Source of the DNA: Erysipelotrichaceae bacterium
Lineage (GTDB): Bacteria > Bacillota_I > Bacilli_A > ML615J-28 > CAG-313
Direction of reading: 5' to 3'
Length of the DNA stretch: 64,000 nucleotides
NCBI GenBank assembly: GCA_015059015.1
Contig: SVBG01000005.1
Coordinates: 16,724-80,723 of the forward strand
Under the pieces are notes generated by a model that saw nothing but the letters and a program-made list of their open reading frames with translations, was not told the origin of the DNA and did not search any database. This document shows positions 1 to 11,000 of this stretch, piece after piece. Both the position numbers and the translations under genes were made by a program. Positions within the stretch are counted from its first letter, which is position 1. The number at the start of each line of letters is the position of its first letter.

Positions 1-678
1 GTAGCTGATGATAAGGTTATTTGGAGTGAAAATAGTGATGTTACTATTTTTAAAACTAGTGATGTTACTGAAAATGGTGATGTTGTTGTTGAGTCTAATA
101 ATGGTAATAAGATAATTGCTCCTGGTATGGAGGGAAATTATCGTTTTGAAATTAAGAATTTAGGTAAGTTTGCGGTTGATACTACAACTGTTGTTTCTGC
201 AAAGCTTACTATTAATGATGAAGTGTTTGAAAATGCTCCTATTGAAGTACGTTTTACTAATTATAAAGGTGAAAGTGTCACTGAAGGTGGATGGATTAAT
301 GTTAATGAACTTACTGAATTTTATGATGAGTTAACTATCGCTAAGAGATCTTATGTTTATTTTAATCTTGATTGGCGATGGGTGTATGAAGGAAGTAATG
401 ATGAACTTGATACTTTACTTGGTAATTTAAGTGTAGATAATGATGTTAAGTTTACTGTTAGTATTGTTGCAGCTGCAACTAGAAGTGGTGATAAAAATGC
501 AACTGGTGGTATTCCTATTGGTGAAGTATCTCTTGAAAATGGTTTATTAGATATTACTCCATTTATTGTATTTAATGTTATTATCGTCCTAATTATTGTT
601 ACTCTTTCAATTCGTGAATATCATAATCGTAAAAAAGAGATTAGTAAGTATCGTATAGTTGAGAATAAGAATAAATAA
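1..678 (+). CDS. TasA/camelysin-like surface protein, 5'-truncated by the window edge, with C-terminal TM anchor
   Basis: Frame 1 is open from nt 1 (no stop before the ATG at 127), so the gene begins upstream. 'IAPGMEGNYRFEIKNLG' and 'LDWRWVYEG..DTLLG' resemble TasA/camelysin beta-sandwich strands. C-terminal hydrophobic helix PFIVFNVIIVLIIVTLSI is followed by a basic tail REYHNRKK. Confidence 0.5.
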   Translation, partial: VADDKVIWSENSDVTIFKTSDVTENGDVVVESNNGNKIIAPGMEGNYRFEIKNLGKFAVDTTTVVSAKLTINDEVFENAPIEVRFTNYKGESVTEGGWINVNELTEFYDELTIAKRSYVYFNLDWRWVYEGSNDELDTLLGNLSVDNDVKFTVSIVAAATRSGDKNATGGIPIGEVSLENGLLDITPFIVFNVIIVLIIVTLSIREYHNRKKEISKYRIVENKNK

Positions 679-705
679 TTATATTTAAGTTTTTGGGTGG
701 ACAAG

Positions 706-1281
706 ATGAAAATAAAACTAAAGAGAATAATTCAATATGTATTTAGAATAATGATATTTTTGGTTATAAGTTTAGTTTTTGGGTTAACTTTTTATACCAT
801 TAACGCAAGACGCGTTTCGGGTAATCGTCTTGTTATGCCTTTTAATAAAACAATTGCGGTTGTTTTAACTGGTAGTATGGAACCTACAATTGGTGTTAAT
901 GATTTGATTGTTGTAGAAAAAACTAATGATTATGAGGTTAATGATATTGTTGTTTATCAAACTGGAAATATGTTAGTTGTTCATAGAATAATAGCTATTG
1001 ATGGTGAAATGGTTATTACTGCTGGGGATAATAATGATGGTGAAGATACACCTATTAATATTAAAAGCATTAATGGAGAAGTTGTTGATATTATTCCTCA
1101 TTTAGGACTTGTATTAAAAATAGTTAAAAGTCCTATTGGGCTTGTTGTAATTGTAACTTTGGCTGTAATATTACTTATTTTGTCATATAAGAAAGAGAAA
1201 AAAGAAGAAAATAAAGATATTGATTCGATTAAAGAAGAAATAGAAAGATTGAAAAAAGAAGTAAACAATAATAAACAATAA
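706..1281 (+). CDS. sipW: Signal peptidase I, SipW/archaeal (ER) type, paralog 1
   Basis: N-terminal TM helix, Ser box 'LTGSMEPTIGVNDLIVVEK', His box 'LVVHRIIAIDG', second TM near the C-terminus, then a Lys/Glu-rich tail. ORF track starts at GTG 697. ATG 706 lies a few nt after GGGTGG and is preferred. Confidence 0.8.
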   Translation: MKIKLKRIIQYVFRIMIFLVISLVFGLTFYTINARRVSGNRLVMPFNKTIAVVLTGSMEPTIGVNDLIVVEKTNDYEVNDIVVYQTGNMLVVHRIIAIDGEMVITAGDNNDGEDTPINIKSINGEVVDIIPHLGLVLKIVKSPIGLVVIVTLAVILLILSYKKEKKEENKDIDSIKEEIERLKKEVNNNKQ

Positions 1282-1307
1282 AAAATTAGGAAAGGAGTTG
1301 ATGTTAG

Positions 1308-2528
1308 ATGAAAAAACGTGCTGATAAATTATCGTCAGTTGTATTTTCTATACTTGTTGTGATGATAGTTTTACTAGCAATTTCTAATTATTTAGCTTCT
1401 GGACTTTATGCGAGATACTTGTCAGTTGGTAATGCTACTGATGATGCAAGAGTTGCAAAATGGGAGATTAGTTTTAAAGATGAAAATGGTGATGTTTTAG
1501 ATTCTAGTATTCCATCAGTTCACTTAGAAAATGGAAGTGTTGGCGAATGGTGTTTAGATATAGTAAATACATCTGAAACTACTGCAGCATTAAGTGACGA
1601 TTCTTATATTAAATTACGTCTATATTCTCCTAATTTTGATGTAGATCATAATCATAATACATGGGACTTTTTAGAAGATAATGAACATCATGCGATAAAT
1701 AATCCAATTAATTTTAAAGTTTATTTATATAACTGTAGTATTAGTGATTTATATAGTACATATTTAGAAGATGGTGTATTTAATAGTAAAGGTTCAAGTA
1801 TTGAAGAATATGTAGTATTTGATACAGCTGATGATGTTAATCCACTTCATTTTGAAATGAATATTGAAGATGGTGTGTTCTATTATGAAACTAGTGTATT
1901 GGTAGGAGTGTTATCAGAAAGTTACAATATGGATCCTACAACTGGTAATATTTGTATGAGAGTTGTGTGGAAAGTTGATAATGCTTTAGGTGAAGTTATT
2001 GAACCTGATAAGTATGTTTCATATCATATTGTTGATGTTAACGACTATGATAGTTCTATTTATAAAGGTGTTGTTAATAAGACTACATTTAATAGTACAA
2101 TTGGTTTAATTGAATTAAATAAAGATAGTTTAAGTAATGATGAAATTAATACTATACTAGGTAATAATTGTTTAACTATTGATGAAGAAAAATATGTTAT
2201 TGCATATAAAGAATATGATTATTTTGATTATTTTATTTATACATCTAGTATAGGTGGAGAAGTAATGATTACAACTATTGTTGATGGAGATGAAGTTATT
2301 AAAAAATCTAGTAAACTAACTGATGATGAAAAAGCAAGTTTATTAGCAAGAACAATAAGTGATCCTTCAACACTTGATAGTCTTAATCTTTATGTTGAAA
2401 TGTTAGAATATAATTCATATCAAGAGTTTTTAACTGTTAAATCACAATATGAAACTGTAAGTGGTTATGTAAGTTTAGGTCTTGAATGTCGTATATTATT
2501 TTATTTAAAGGTTGAACAAGTGGATTAA
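1308..2528 (+). CDS. Secreted protein with SipW-type signal peptide, unknown family
   Basis: RBS AAAGGAG upstream. 'MKKRADK' + TM helix + 'ASGLYARYLS' (compare the SipW-cognate GTxAYF-type motif). 'ENGSVGEWCLDIVNTSE' is a TasA-like strand. No catalytic motif recognised. Confidence 0.55.
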   Translation: MKKRADKLSSVVFSILVVMIVLLAISNYLASGLYARYLSVGNATDDARVAKWEISFKDENGDVLDSSIPSVHLENGSVGEWCLDIVNTSETTAALSDDSYIKLRLYSPNFDVDHNHNTWDFLEDNEHHAINNPINFKVYLYNCSISDLYSTYLEDGVFNSKGSSIEEYVVFDTADDVNPLHFEMNIEDGVFYYETSVLVGVLSESYNMDPTTGNICMRVVWKVDNALGEVIEPDKYVSYHIVDVNDYDSSIYKGVVNKTTFNSTIGLIELNKDSLSNDEINTILGNNCLTIDEEKYVIAYKEYDYFDYFIYTSSIGGEVMITTIVDGDEVIKKSSKLTDDEKASLLARTISDPSTLDSLNLYVEMLEYNSYQEFLTVKSQYETVSGYVSLGLECRILFYLKVEQVD

Positions 2529-2529
2529 T

Positions 2530-3087
2530 ATGAAAATGGAAAAAATAGTTAGAATTATTAGAAACGTTTATTTAGGTTTATTAGTAACTATAATTACTTT
2601 TTTAGGAGTGTTTTTAGTTAGTTCATTATTCAGTAAAACTGATTATACTAGTGTATTTGGATTGTCTTTTTTTGAAGTTGAATCTTATAGTATGTATCCT
2701 GAACTTACAAAAGGTGATTTGGTTGTCGTTAAAAAATTAGATGCTAGCGAATATGAAGTTGATATGGTGGTTACATACATTAAAGAAGGAGAAAAAACTC
2801 CTACAACTCATAAAATTGTTAAAATAGAAGGAAATATTATTACTACTCGTGGTGTTAATACGCAAACTAATAATGCTGATGATGAACCTTTTGATGTATC
2901 TTGTATTATAGGAAGAGTTGTTAGTGTTTGGCATGGTTATGGAAATGTTCGTAATTTTGTAACTAATCCACTTGGTATTATTTCAATTTTACTTATTGGA
3001 TTCTTTATTGTTGAAGGGTTTAATTATTTAGAGAATTATTTTAAAGAAAAAGAAAAAAATAAACAATTAGAATCAGTTAATGACTAA
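2530..3087 (+). CDS. Signal peptidase I, SipW/archaeal type, paralog 2 (divergent)
   Basis: TM helix, Ser box 'VESYSMYPELTKGDLVVVKK', His box 'PTTHKIVKIEG', C-terminal TM 'PLGIISILLIGFFIV'. Start is uncertain (TTG 2512, ATG 2530 or ATG 2536). ATG 2530 lies 1 nt after the upstream stop (2526-2528). Confidence 0.7.
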   Translation: MKMEKIVRIIRNVYLGLLVTIITFLGVFLVSSLFSKTDYTSVFGLSFFEVESYSMYPELTKGDLVVVKKLDASEYEVDMVVTYIKEGEKTPTTHKIVKIEGNIITTRGVNTQTNNADDEPFDVSCIIGRVVSVWHGYGNVRNFVTNPLGIISILLIGFFIVEGFNYLENYFKEKEKNKQLESVND

Positions 3088-3109
3088 GTTGTTAGAAAGG
3101 AGAGGGCTA

Positions 3110-3769
3110 ATGGATAATAATAAATTTAAAATTAAAAAAAGATATATTTTGTTTACAGCATATCTACTAATTGTTGGATTAATATGTTTAAGCTCATTAG
3201 TCCTTGCAAAATACGTTTCAGAAGAAAATCAAGAATTAGATTTTACAGTTGGTAGTGTTTTATATTTTAATTATGAAAGATCTAATTTAGAGAGAAATGG
3301 TGAGGTAGTTCAAGTAACTCCATCTGTATATGAAGAAGATGGTAAAAATTACCAATTATTAGAAACAACGAACGTTGCTCCTGGAGACAGTTTAACTTAT
3401 TATTTTTATGTTAGTAATTTTAATAGTGTTACTGGAGACCAAAACATTGTTGACGGTGTATTATACCCTAATACTTCCGCAACACTTTCTCTTCCGATTA
3501 AAGGTGAAGTTTATGATGTAGAATGTACAATTCTTTATCGTCAAGTTCCTTATGATGAAACAGATACTACTACTCCAGATAATAATGCTTGGAATAACTT
3601 AGTTGTGGGCAAATATTTAGATTTACCACCAATATCTAGTCAAAAAGTTAAATATGAATTTAAACTATCTATAATAGTAGATGATCAAGTTTCTAATACA
3701 ACACATGAAGATTATTTCAATGCAGTTTTATCCGTTAAATTATTTATTAATGCTGCAAGCGATGAATAA
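3110..3769 (+). CDS. TasA/camelysin-like secreted protein
   Basis: RBS AAAGGAGAGG precedes ATG 3110 (ORF-track start 3080 would overlap the upstream gene). Basic N-terminus + TM + 'LAKYVSEE'. 'NVAPGDSLTYYFYVSNFN' is a PGD strand typical of TasA/CalY proteins. Confidence 0.6.
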   Translation: MDNNKFKIKKRYILFTAYLLIVGLICLSSLVLAKYVSEENQELDFTVGSVLYFNYERSNLERNGEVVQVTPSVYEEDGKNYQLLETTNVAPGDSLTYYFYVSNFNSVTGDQNIVDGVLYPNTSATLSLPIKGEVYDVECTILYRQVPYDETDTTTPDNNAWNNLVVGKYLDLPPISSQKVKYEFKLSIIVDDQVSNTTHEDYFNAVLSVKLFINAASDE

Positions 3770-3804
3770 AAATTCTTAAAAATATTAAAGAAAGGATGAA
3801 GTCA

Positions 3805-5061
3805 ATGTTTAATAGAGATAAAAGTAAAAGACGACTTTTAATTCTTGGTTCATTAATCATTACATTATTATTAATATATATATCTCAAACTTGGCTTGTA
3901 CCAACTTTAACGAGATATATTTATCGTGAACAAGATGAAATTAAAGCTCATTACACAGCGCTTTATTTTGCGTCAACTGGTGAGGGAAAAACAATTGCAA
4001 TAGAAAATAATGTAGGTTATATTGATTTTGATTTAAGAAATTATATTGGTGAAAATGTTACACAACGTGATATTGTATATACAATTTCTACACCAAGTGT
4101 ATTTTATGATAAAAATGGTGATAAAATTAATGATGTAGAAGCTTATCTAGCGACTGATGTTAATAATGAATTACACGTTCTCGATGTTTGGGGAAAACCT
4201 CAAAAGGTTGCAAGAAACACATATTTATATGATGTTGAAATTGTAAAGAATAGTGGTGAAGTAGTGTCTGAGGGTGTATATTCATTCACTTATGAGAAAC
4301 TTGGGACTGGTGCTGTTGGTAAAGTTCACACTGTTACTTGTAAAGTCACAAAAAGTGGTGAAGAACCTCTAAATGATACAATTTCACTTGTTGTACAGTT
4401 ATCTAAACCATATAAAGAGGTTTTAATAATAAATATGAATGTATCAAATCGTTTAATTACTTTCGCTCATAAAGAAGTTAATGTATTTGATGTTGAATTT
4501 GATAAGTTATATGTTCAAACAGCTGATTTATTTGCATATCATAAAAATAATACAATTAGAAAAGTTGATATAGATGCAAGTTCATACTATCAATTTACTT
4601 CTTATGCATTTAAGATTACGATTACTTGGTCTGGATATATTCTTGATGAAGAAAAATTAGAAGATATTCATATTGGTACTTCAATTTCTCCTGGTGGAGA
4701 TATTGAAAATGATGCTATAGATGGGAATGGGATAGTTAATAATGCCGGAGCATTCCCTAATCCTGATATGAATAATCCATATATTGATTTTGAAAAATCT
4801 ACGATTGCAAAAATTAACAGTTTGTACGATGATGTTAATGGCCATCGTGGTGAACTAATTATGTTTGTTCCACAAGGATCTGATTTATATTTAATGTTCT
4901 TAAAAACAGCAAGTTCTGGAACAATTGATGTGAAAATTGAAGCTTATGTTTCTAGAGTTGAAAATAGTTCTGTTGTTGAAACAGGTTATATAATTTATAA
5001 CGAAGAATTAAGCGGTTATGCACATACTAATGATGTTTATAATTTAGCTAATTATAATTAA
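3805..5061 (+). CDS. Membrane-anchored/secreted protein of the SipW locus, unknown family
   Basis: 'DKSKRR' + TM helix LLILGSLIITLLLIYI + 'LTRYIYRE' motif. ATG 3796 overlaps the AAAGGA RBS, so ATG 3805 is preferred. No family recognised. Confidence 0.5.
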   Translation: MFNRDKSKRRLLILGSLIITLLLIYISQTWLVPTLTRYIYREQDEIKAHYTALYFASTGEGKTIAIENNVGYIDFDLRNYIGENVTQRDIVYTISTPSVFYDKNGDKINDVEAYLATDVNNELHVLDVWGKPQKVARNTYLYDVEIVKNSGEVVSEGVYSFTYEKLGTGAVGKVHTVTCKVTKSGEEPLNDTISLVVQLSKPYKEVLIINMNVSNRLITFAHKEVNVFDVEFDKLYVQTADLFAYHKNNTIRKVDIDASSYYQFTSYAFKITITWSGYILDEEKLEDIHIGTSISPGGDIENDAIDGNGIVNNAGAFPNPDMNNPYIDFEKSTIAKINSLYDDVNGHRGELIMFVPQGSDLYLMFLKTASSGTIDVKIEAYVSRVENSSVVETGYIIYNEELSGYAHTNDVYNLANYN

Positions 5062-5078
5062 AAAAAGGAGGCAGTAAC

Positions 5079-8000
5079 ATGAAAACAAGAGGTAATAAAA
5101 AATATTTTATTATGAATATTATAGCAGTTACACTAGTTTTACTAGTTACTGCTTTTATGTTTATATACTTTAATAAAACTTCTAGTACTGTTGCGGCAGG
5201 AGAAAATACAATTGAAATTCGAGTTGATAAAGTAACTACAGTATCAATATATGCCTTTGGTGAGGGAGTTGAACTTATAGAATCAACTAATAATTATGAT
5301 GTTTATACTGCAAAAATTGGTACTAATGTAAGACTTCAAGCAGTTAATGAAACAAGAATATTTGAAAATTGGGTTATTTCAAATTTAACTACTGGTGATG
5401 TTCCAACTATTGCTGATTTAACTAATAATATTATTAATTTCACAGTAACTGAATCAATGTCTGATTTAAGTATTACAGTTAATAGACGTAATGCAACTCA
5501 AGAAGATTATGGTAAATATATGACAGACCGTTTTATAATTGTTGATGAGGTTGATTTAATTGCATTACAAAATATTCTAGATGGAAATGGTACAGATAGT
5601 GATTATTCATTGTTCTATGAAAATCCTGAATCATATAATAATGATTCTAAAAAAGCTGTATTAAAAGAAGATTTACGTTTTGGTTATTTTTTAATATCTA
5701 ATAATTTCACAGTGTTTAATGAAAAATTTACTGGTTTAGGAACTAAAACAGAACCTTTCCAAGGAATTGTTTGTGGTAAAAATAATATAAATTCTACTAT
5801 TTTCTTAACAATTAACAATGTTGAGACACCTGGTGAATCATCATATGGATTATTTAGATATTTAGGAAACGAAGCTTTAATAAGACATTTAAATGTTACT
5901 ACTTCAATTGGTATTAACTCACCTATTGAGGCAAATCTTACAAATCAACAAAAAAATCAATATACTAGTAATGCACCTATAATTTATGCTGGTGGGCTTG
6001 CTGGTGTAATGGATAGAAGTACACTAATAAATGTAACTGTATCTACAAGTATTGGTATTGCTAGTACTTATGCAAGTAATATTAATGCTGGTGGATTATT
6101 TGGTAGTATAAAATCTGGTTCGGGTATAGATTCAGTTAGTGATGTTACATATGATGGAACAGATTCTTCGTGGTCAATTGTTTCTCATAAAGAGGGTTCT
6201 ATTATTAATGCTGGACTTATTGCAGGTAGTGCAGTTGATTCATATATTAAAGAAGTTGATTTAATTGTAACAAATCAAATAGTTGATTTAAAAAATGATA
6301 GTGTTACAAATCGATATACAAATTCAAAATTATATTTAGGTAATGTATTTGGTACATATGTAGCAGATACTCATGCTGAAACTATTGATGATATTATGAT
6401 CATGGGTGATTCTGGGGAGAGTCTTCGAGCAGTAACTACAAATGGTGATGCTGCAGTTGGTGGTTTAATTGGTTATGTTGATGGTAATCAAACTGGTAAA
6501 TTAAATATTGAGAAAGTATATTTTAGAGTTTTAAATGATGAAAATGAATTTACTTCATCGTCAATAGAAACTTCAAATGTTACAAATCTTTATGCTGGTG
6601 GTGTAATTGGTCTTATAGATGGAAATAATGTCATTGCACTTGAAGCATTTAAAGACCGTTTCCAAGAAGTTGATTTAGATGGAGAAAATAAGATTAATGT
6701 TGCTAATTATTTATATGAAGGTAATTATACTATTGAAACTGTTCAAAATGGCACAAGTTTTGCTGTAACAAATGGTAAATCTATTGCTGGTGGTATAATT
6801 GGTAAAGGATATATTAATTTAGAAGGAAGTTTAGAAAATAGAAGTGATTTTGCTATTGCAAGTCCTACAAGTACATTTACTGTTGAAGCGGTTCAAGCTA
6901 AACTTGCTAGTACAAATGGAACGTTTAATGATAAAGAGCATGCTTGTGCAGCTTTAGTTTATGGTAGTGTTGGAAATAATAGAGTAGTTATCTCAAATAT
7001 CAATGTATATACTAATAATACAACTATTAATACAACTAGAGAAATTGGTACTGATGCGATAGGTGATTTACATACTGGTGGATTTATAAGTTATGCTACT
7101 AATAGTAGTTTTTCAAATATTGGTTTATATTTAAATAATTCTATTCTTATTGCTGAAAGTTTATCGGATTTAGGTCATAATAGTAATGAAGGTACTAATA
7201 GTGCATTCTGTGGCGGTTTTACTGGCGAATTAGATAACAATAGTTCATTAACAAATGTTGAATTTGCTGGGTATGATGTAAATTATTTAACAATAACTGG
7301 TACAACATCCTATTTAGAATCCATTCAAAATACAAAACCTGCTGGTGTAAATATCAATTATGGTGGTGAAAATTATATTGGTGGTATTGTAGGACGTATT
7401 CAATATTCAACTTTAACAAGCTGTAAATTCTATGGTTCTACAACTAATAAAGATTATATTAGAATGAATGGTCATAGATCACCTGATAGTGCATTCTGTG
7501 GTGGTTTAGTTGGTTTAATTAGAACTGGTGGAACTAATTTAGTGTCATCTGTTATCGATTGTGAAGTCAGAAATACTGAAGTTAGTGGTAGTGCTACTTG
7601 TACTAATACAGGTTATAACGATCCTGATATTTACGTTGGTGGTGTAATTGGTGCTGCATATATTCATGGCACAGGAAATAATGAAAGAATCACAGTTTCT
7701 AATTGTCGTTTAATTAACTCTGATGTATACGCTTTAGGTAATGAGAGAATTGCCGCTTTTGCAGGTGGTATTTTAGGTGGATCCACTTGGGAATCTTCAA
7801 TTCTTGTAAATAATTGTTATGTTACAGATAGTTCAGTTGCATCAAACATTGTTACAACTATAAATTATAATAAAACTCTCCAATCTACTGCTGGTGGTAT
7901 AATGGGCGGTATGAAAGGTGATCCTGCTGATAGGTATGTTAATATTCAAAATTCTGCTGTTATTGATACGAATATTGAAGCTTTAGTTAATTCAAATGAT

Positions 8001-11000
8001 AGAACTATTTCTGCATATGCTGCTGGTATTTTAGGATTTAGAGAAAATAGTAATCAAAATTCCAATAGAGTTGTTCTTAATAACTGTTATTCCAATGCCG
8101 TTATTACATCAAATCATAATAATGGTGGTACTGCAAATGTTTATGGTATTGCATTTAACTGTAGTTTTACTAATAATACTTATTCATATTATTTAAGTAA
8201 GAATGTAAATTCTGCTGATAACAATTTAGGCGTTGCGCTTGCAAGTGGGCCATTTGAAGTCACTGCTTATGCAAATAATCCGTATAGATCTTATAATGGT
8301 CTTAATGGAACATATGGTTATGGACAAAAACTATATATTGAAAAAATTGGAGAAGCTAATGAGTTTACAATAACTAATGCATTAGGTACAACTCCAAAAG
8401 TTTCTGCATCATCTGATGGTATAACACTTGCTCATGTATGGATTAATATTAATCAAAATGGTGGAATAGATGGTAGTTCAAATTTAATTGTACCTGATCA
8501 TCATGATAAAGAAACTGCTGCAAAAAATGGTTGGTTTATTTTAGATTATGTATTGTTATATCGTGGTACAATAGATTCAATTTCAAGTGATTTAACTGAT
8601 ATTGATGCAAGTTATAAAAACGAAACAAGCACTTATGAACATAAATATACTGATTTAGATAGTGATTCTATAAATGACCATTATTTAGAAAATATACAAA
8701 ATAATTCAGATAAGATTTTAAATAATTATATTGAAAAAGATGTTGTTGATAATGTAAAAGAATTTGAGTTTTATGTTTATGATGATATGTTATCTTTAAA
8801 TGTAGAATTTAATATTACACATTTTTCTTCGAATTATAGAATGTTATTTAAGAATACAAGTGATGAAATAATTGATGAAGGAACATTTAAACAAAAATAT
8901 GGTTCTATTACACTTGAACTTGTTGAAAAACATACTAATTCTATTAGTGATAAGTATAACTTAATATTTAAACCTAATGAAAAACTTGAAAATGATGTAA
9001 CATTCTTTATTTACTTTGTTGCAGGTAATAGTGAATATACTGCATCTACTTCATTTAAAGTGACTTTACATGCTAACAAATTAACACTTGTTGGTGTAAC
9101 TTATGCTGATTATACTCCTCCAGTTAACTATTTTGAAGATCAAAATATGTTAGGTACTAATAGTTTACCATATCATTTATATGTTGGTTCTGTTACTAAA
9201 TTTATACCTATTTTTACAAAATCTAACGATTTACAACAAGGTATCAGATATATTTTAGAAGAATATATTGAAAAATGCACTTATTCAGTAGATAATGCAA
9301 CTGATCAATACTTCGATATTCATAGTAATGGTGAGTTGAATACAGGTAATAATGTTAATCAAAATGGCACACTAACAGTTACTTATGGAACTGATACTGT
9401 GACACTATATGTTTTATCTGTAAAAGAAATTAATGTTTCTTATTCAGTAAGTGGATCTGATGTTGAAGGTTTAACTGTTGCAAGTAATACCACAGATTTC
9501 TATTTTGAACAATATATTAAATCTAATTATAGTGGTGTTCCTACATCTGCAAGTATTACAATTGGTAGTACAGTGTATTCGATAATTGATTTAAATAATA
9601 AAAATGCGAATATTAACGTATATGAAATTACAAAAGAAAGAGCCATAAGTAATACTCCTATTACATCATATAATCCGAATGCATATGGATATGTAATTAG
9701 AGTCGATAACTCTTTAATAATTAATAGTGTTAATAATATTAGTGTTAATATAGATTATCCAATTGTTTATACAATAACATTTAAATTACAATGTGAAACA
9801 TTTAATGATTCACTAGATGCTGAGGATTTAACAAAATCATTTAAGATAATTAGTGGAACTAGTTTTAAAGAATATTTTACAACTGATGGTGTAATTAACC
9901 CTGAAATTACAAATTGGATTAGTGATGCAGAATTATTTGGTTATGTATTTACTGGTTTCTACTTAGTAAATGATGCTAACTCAATTCACTCATATGGCAT
10001 TAGTTTTGAAGAACTTGCAGCATCTAGTTATGTTGTAAACTCATCTTTAACATTCTATGGACGTTGGAGTTATTTAATTGAAATTATTGAAGCATCTGGT
10101 ACTTATATTAAAACTGGATTTAATAGTGCTTTCATGCAAGAATATACTGGTGATGGTTTTACTCGTGCTATTCAAATTCCGATTAATGCAAATCAAGGTT
10201 ATGTATTTAGAGTTGATACAGATGCATCATATGTTGGAAGACCAGGAATTGAAGCATATGTTGTAACTAAAGATGGATCTGGTAATAAAGTAATGACTGA
10301 GGTTGAAATTGAAACTTATCAAAATAATAGTTCGTTATATTATATTAGACCTGAATATATTACTGGTTATTTAATTATTAAAACAACTGTTAGTAATTCT
10401 GATGTTATTGTTGGTGAACATACATCATCTATTACTGAAGATATTGCTCCAGAAGATGGTATTATTACATTTAAATATATTGTAAATCATGTCAATAAAG
10501 GTGATAATAAATCATATATTTATAATTTATCAAGTGGTAAAGATTATGAAACATTACCTATTGAATTTGTATTAGACTTTTATAAACAAAGTGACCATTC
10601 AGATTTAGTTTTACCTGATTTAACTGAAATTAGATGTTATTATAATCGTTATGTGAATGGTTCTAGTACTCCTGAAAAAACGATTATTGGAACTTACATA
10701 ACTCATAATGATGATAGAGTTTATTTAACAGAGTTTAAATTATTAGATCTAGAAACTCCTGCTCTTGCAACTAATAGAACATTTGGTGATGTTCTTGGTA
10801 ATAACGAAACAGTAACTGAAATATTCTATTTCACTATTACACCACCAAATGGATACACAAATAAAGTAAAAAATGAGATAGCTAATTATGTTGTTGAATG
10901 TGGATTTGTTGATGGTCAGTCTGAACCACATCAAGAAATTAATTACTTAAAAGGAAAAAGAACTGAAACAGAACTTGCAAATCCTAATGATTTAAATGAT

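Noticed and set aside
2737-2934. Short antisense or alternative-frame ORFs inside long genes (2737-2934, 10078-10266, 10749-10934, 12799-12999, 15395-15610, 16199-16393, 18453-18641, 23381-23620, 29862-30065, 30811-31032, 31588-31779, 34796-34996, 47786-48004, 48359-48541, 61959-62147, 62474-62674)
   Set aside because: All are embedded in, or overlap, genes with strong family motifs. AT-rich DNA yields many 60-90-codon open frames by chance. None has an RBS.
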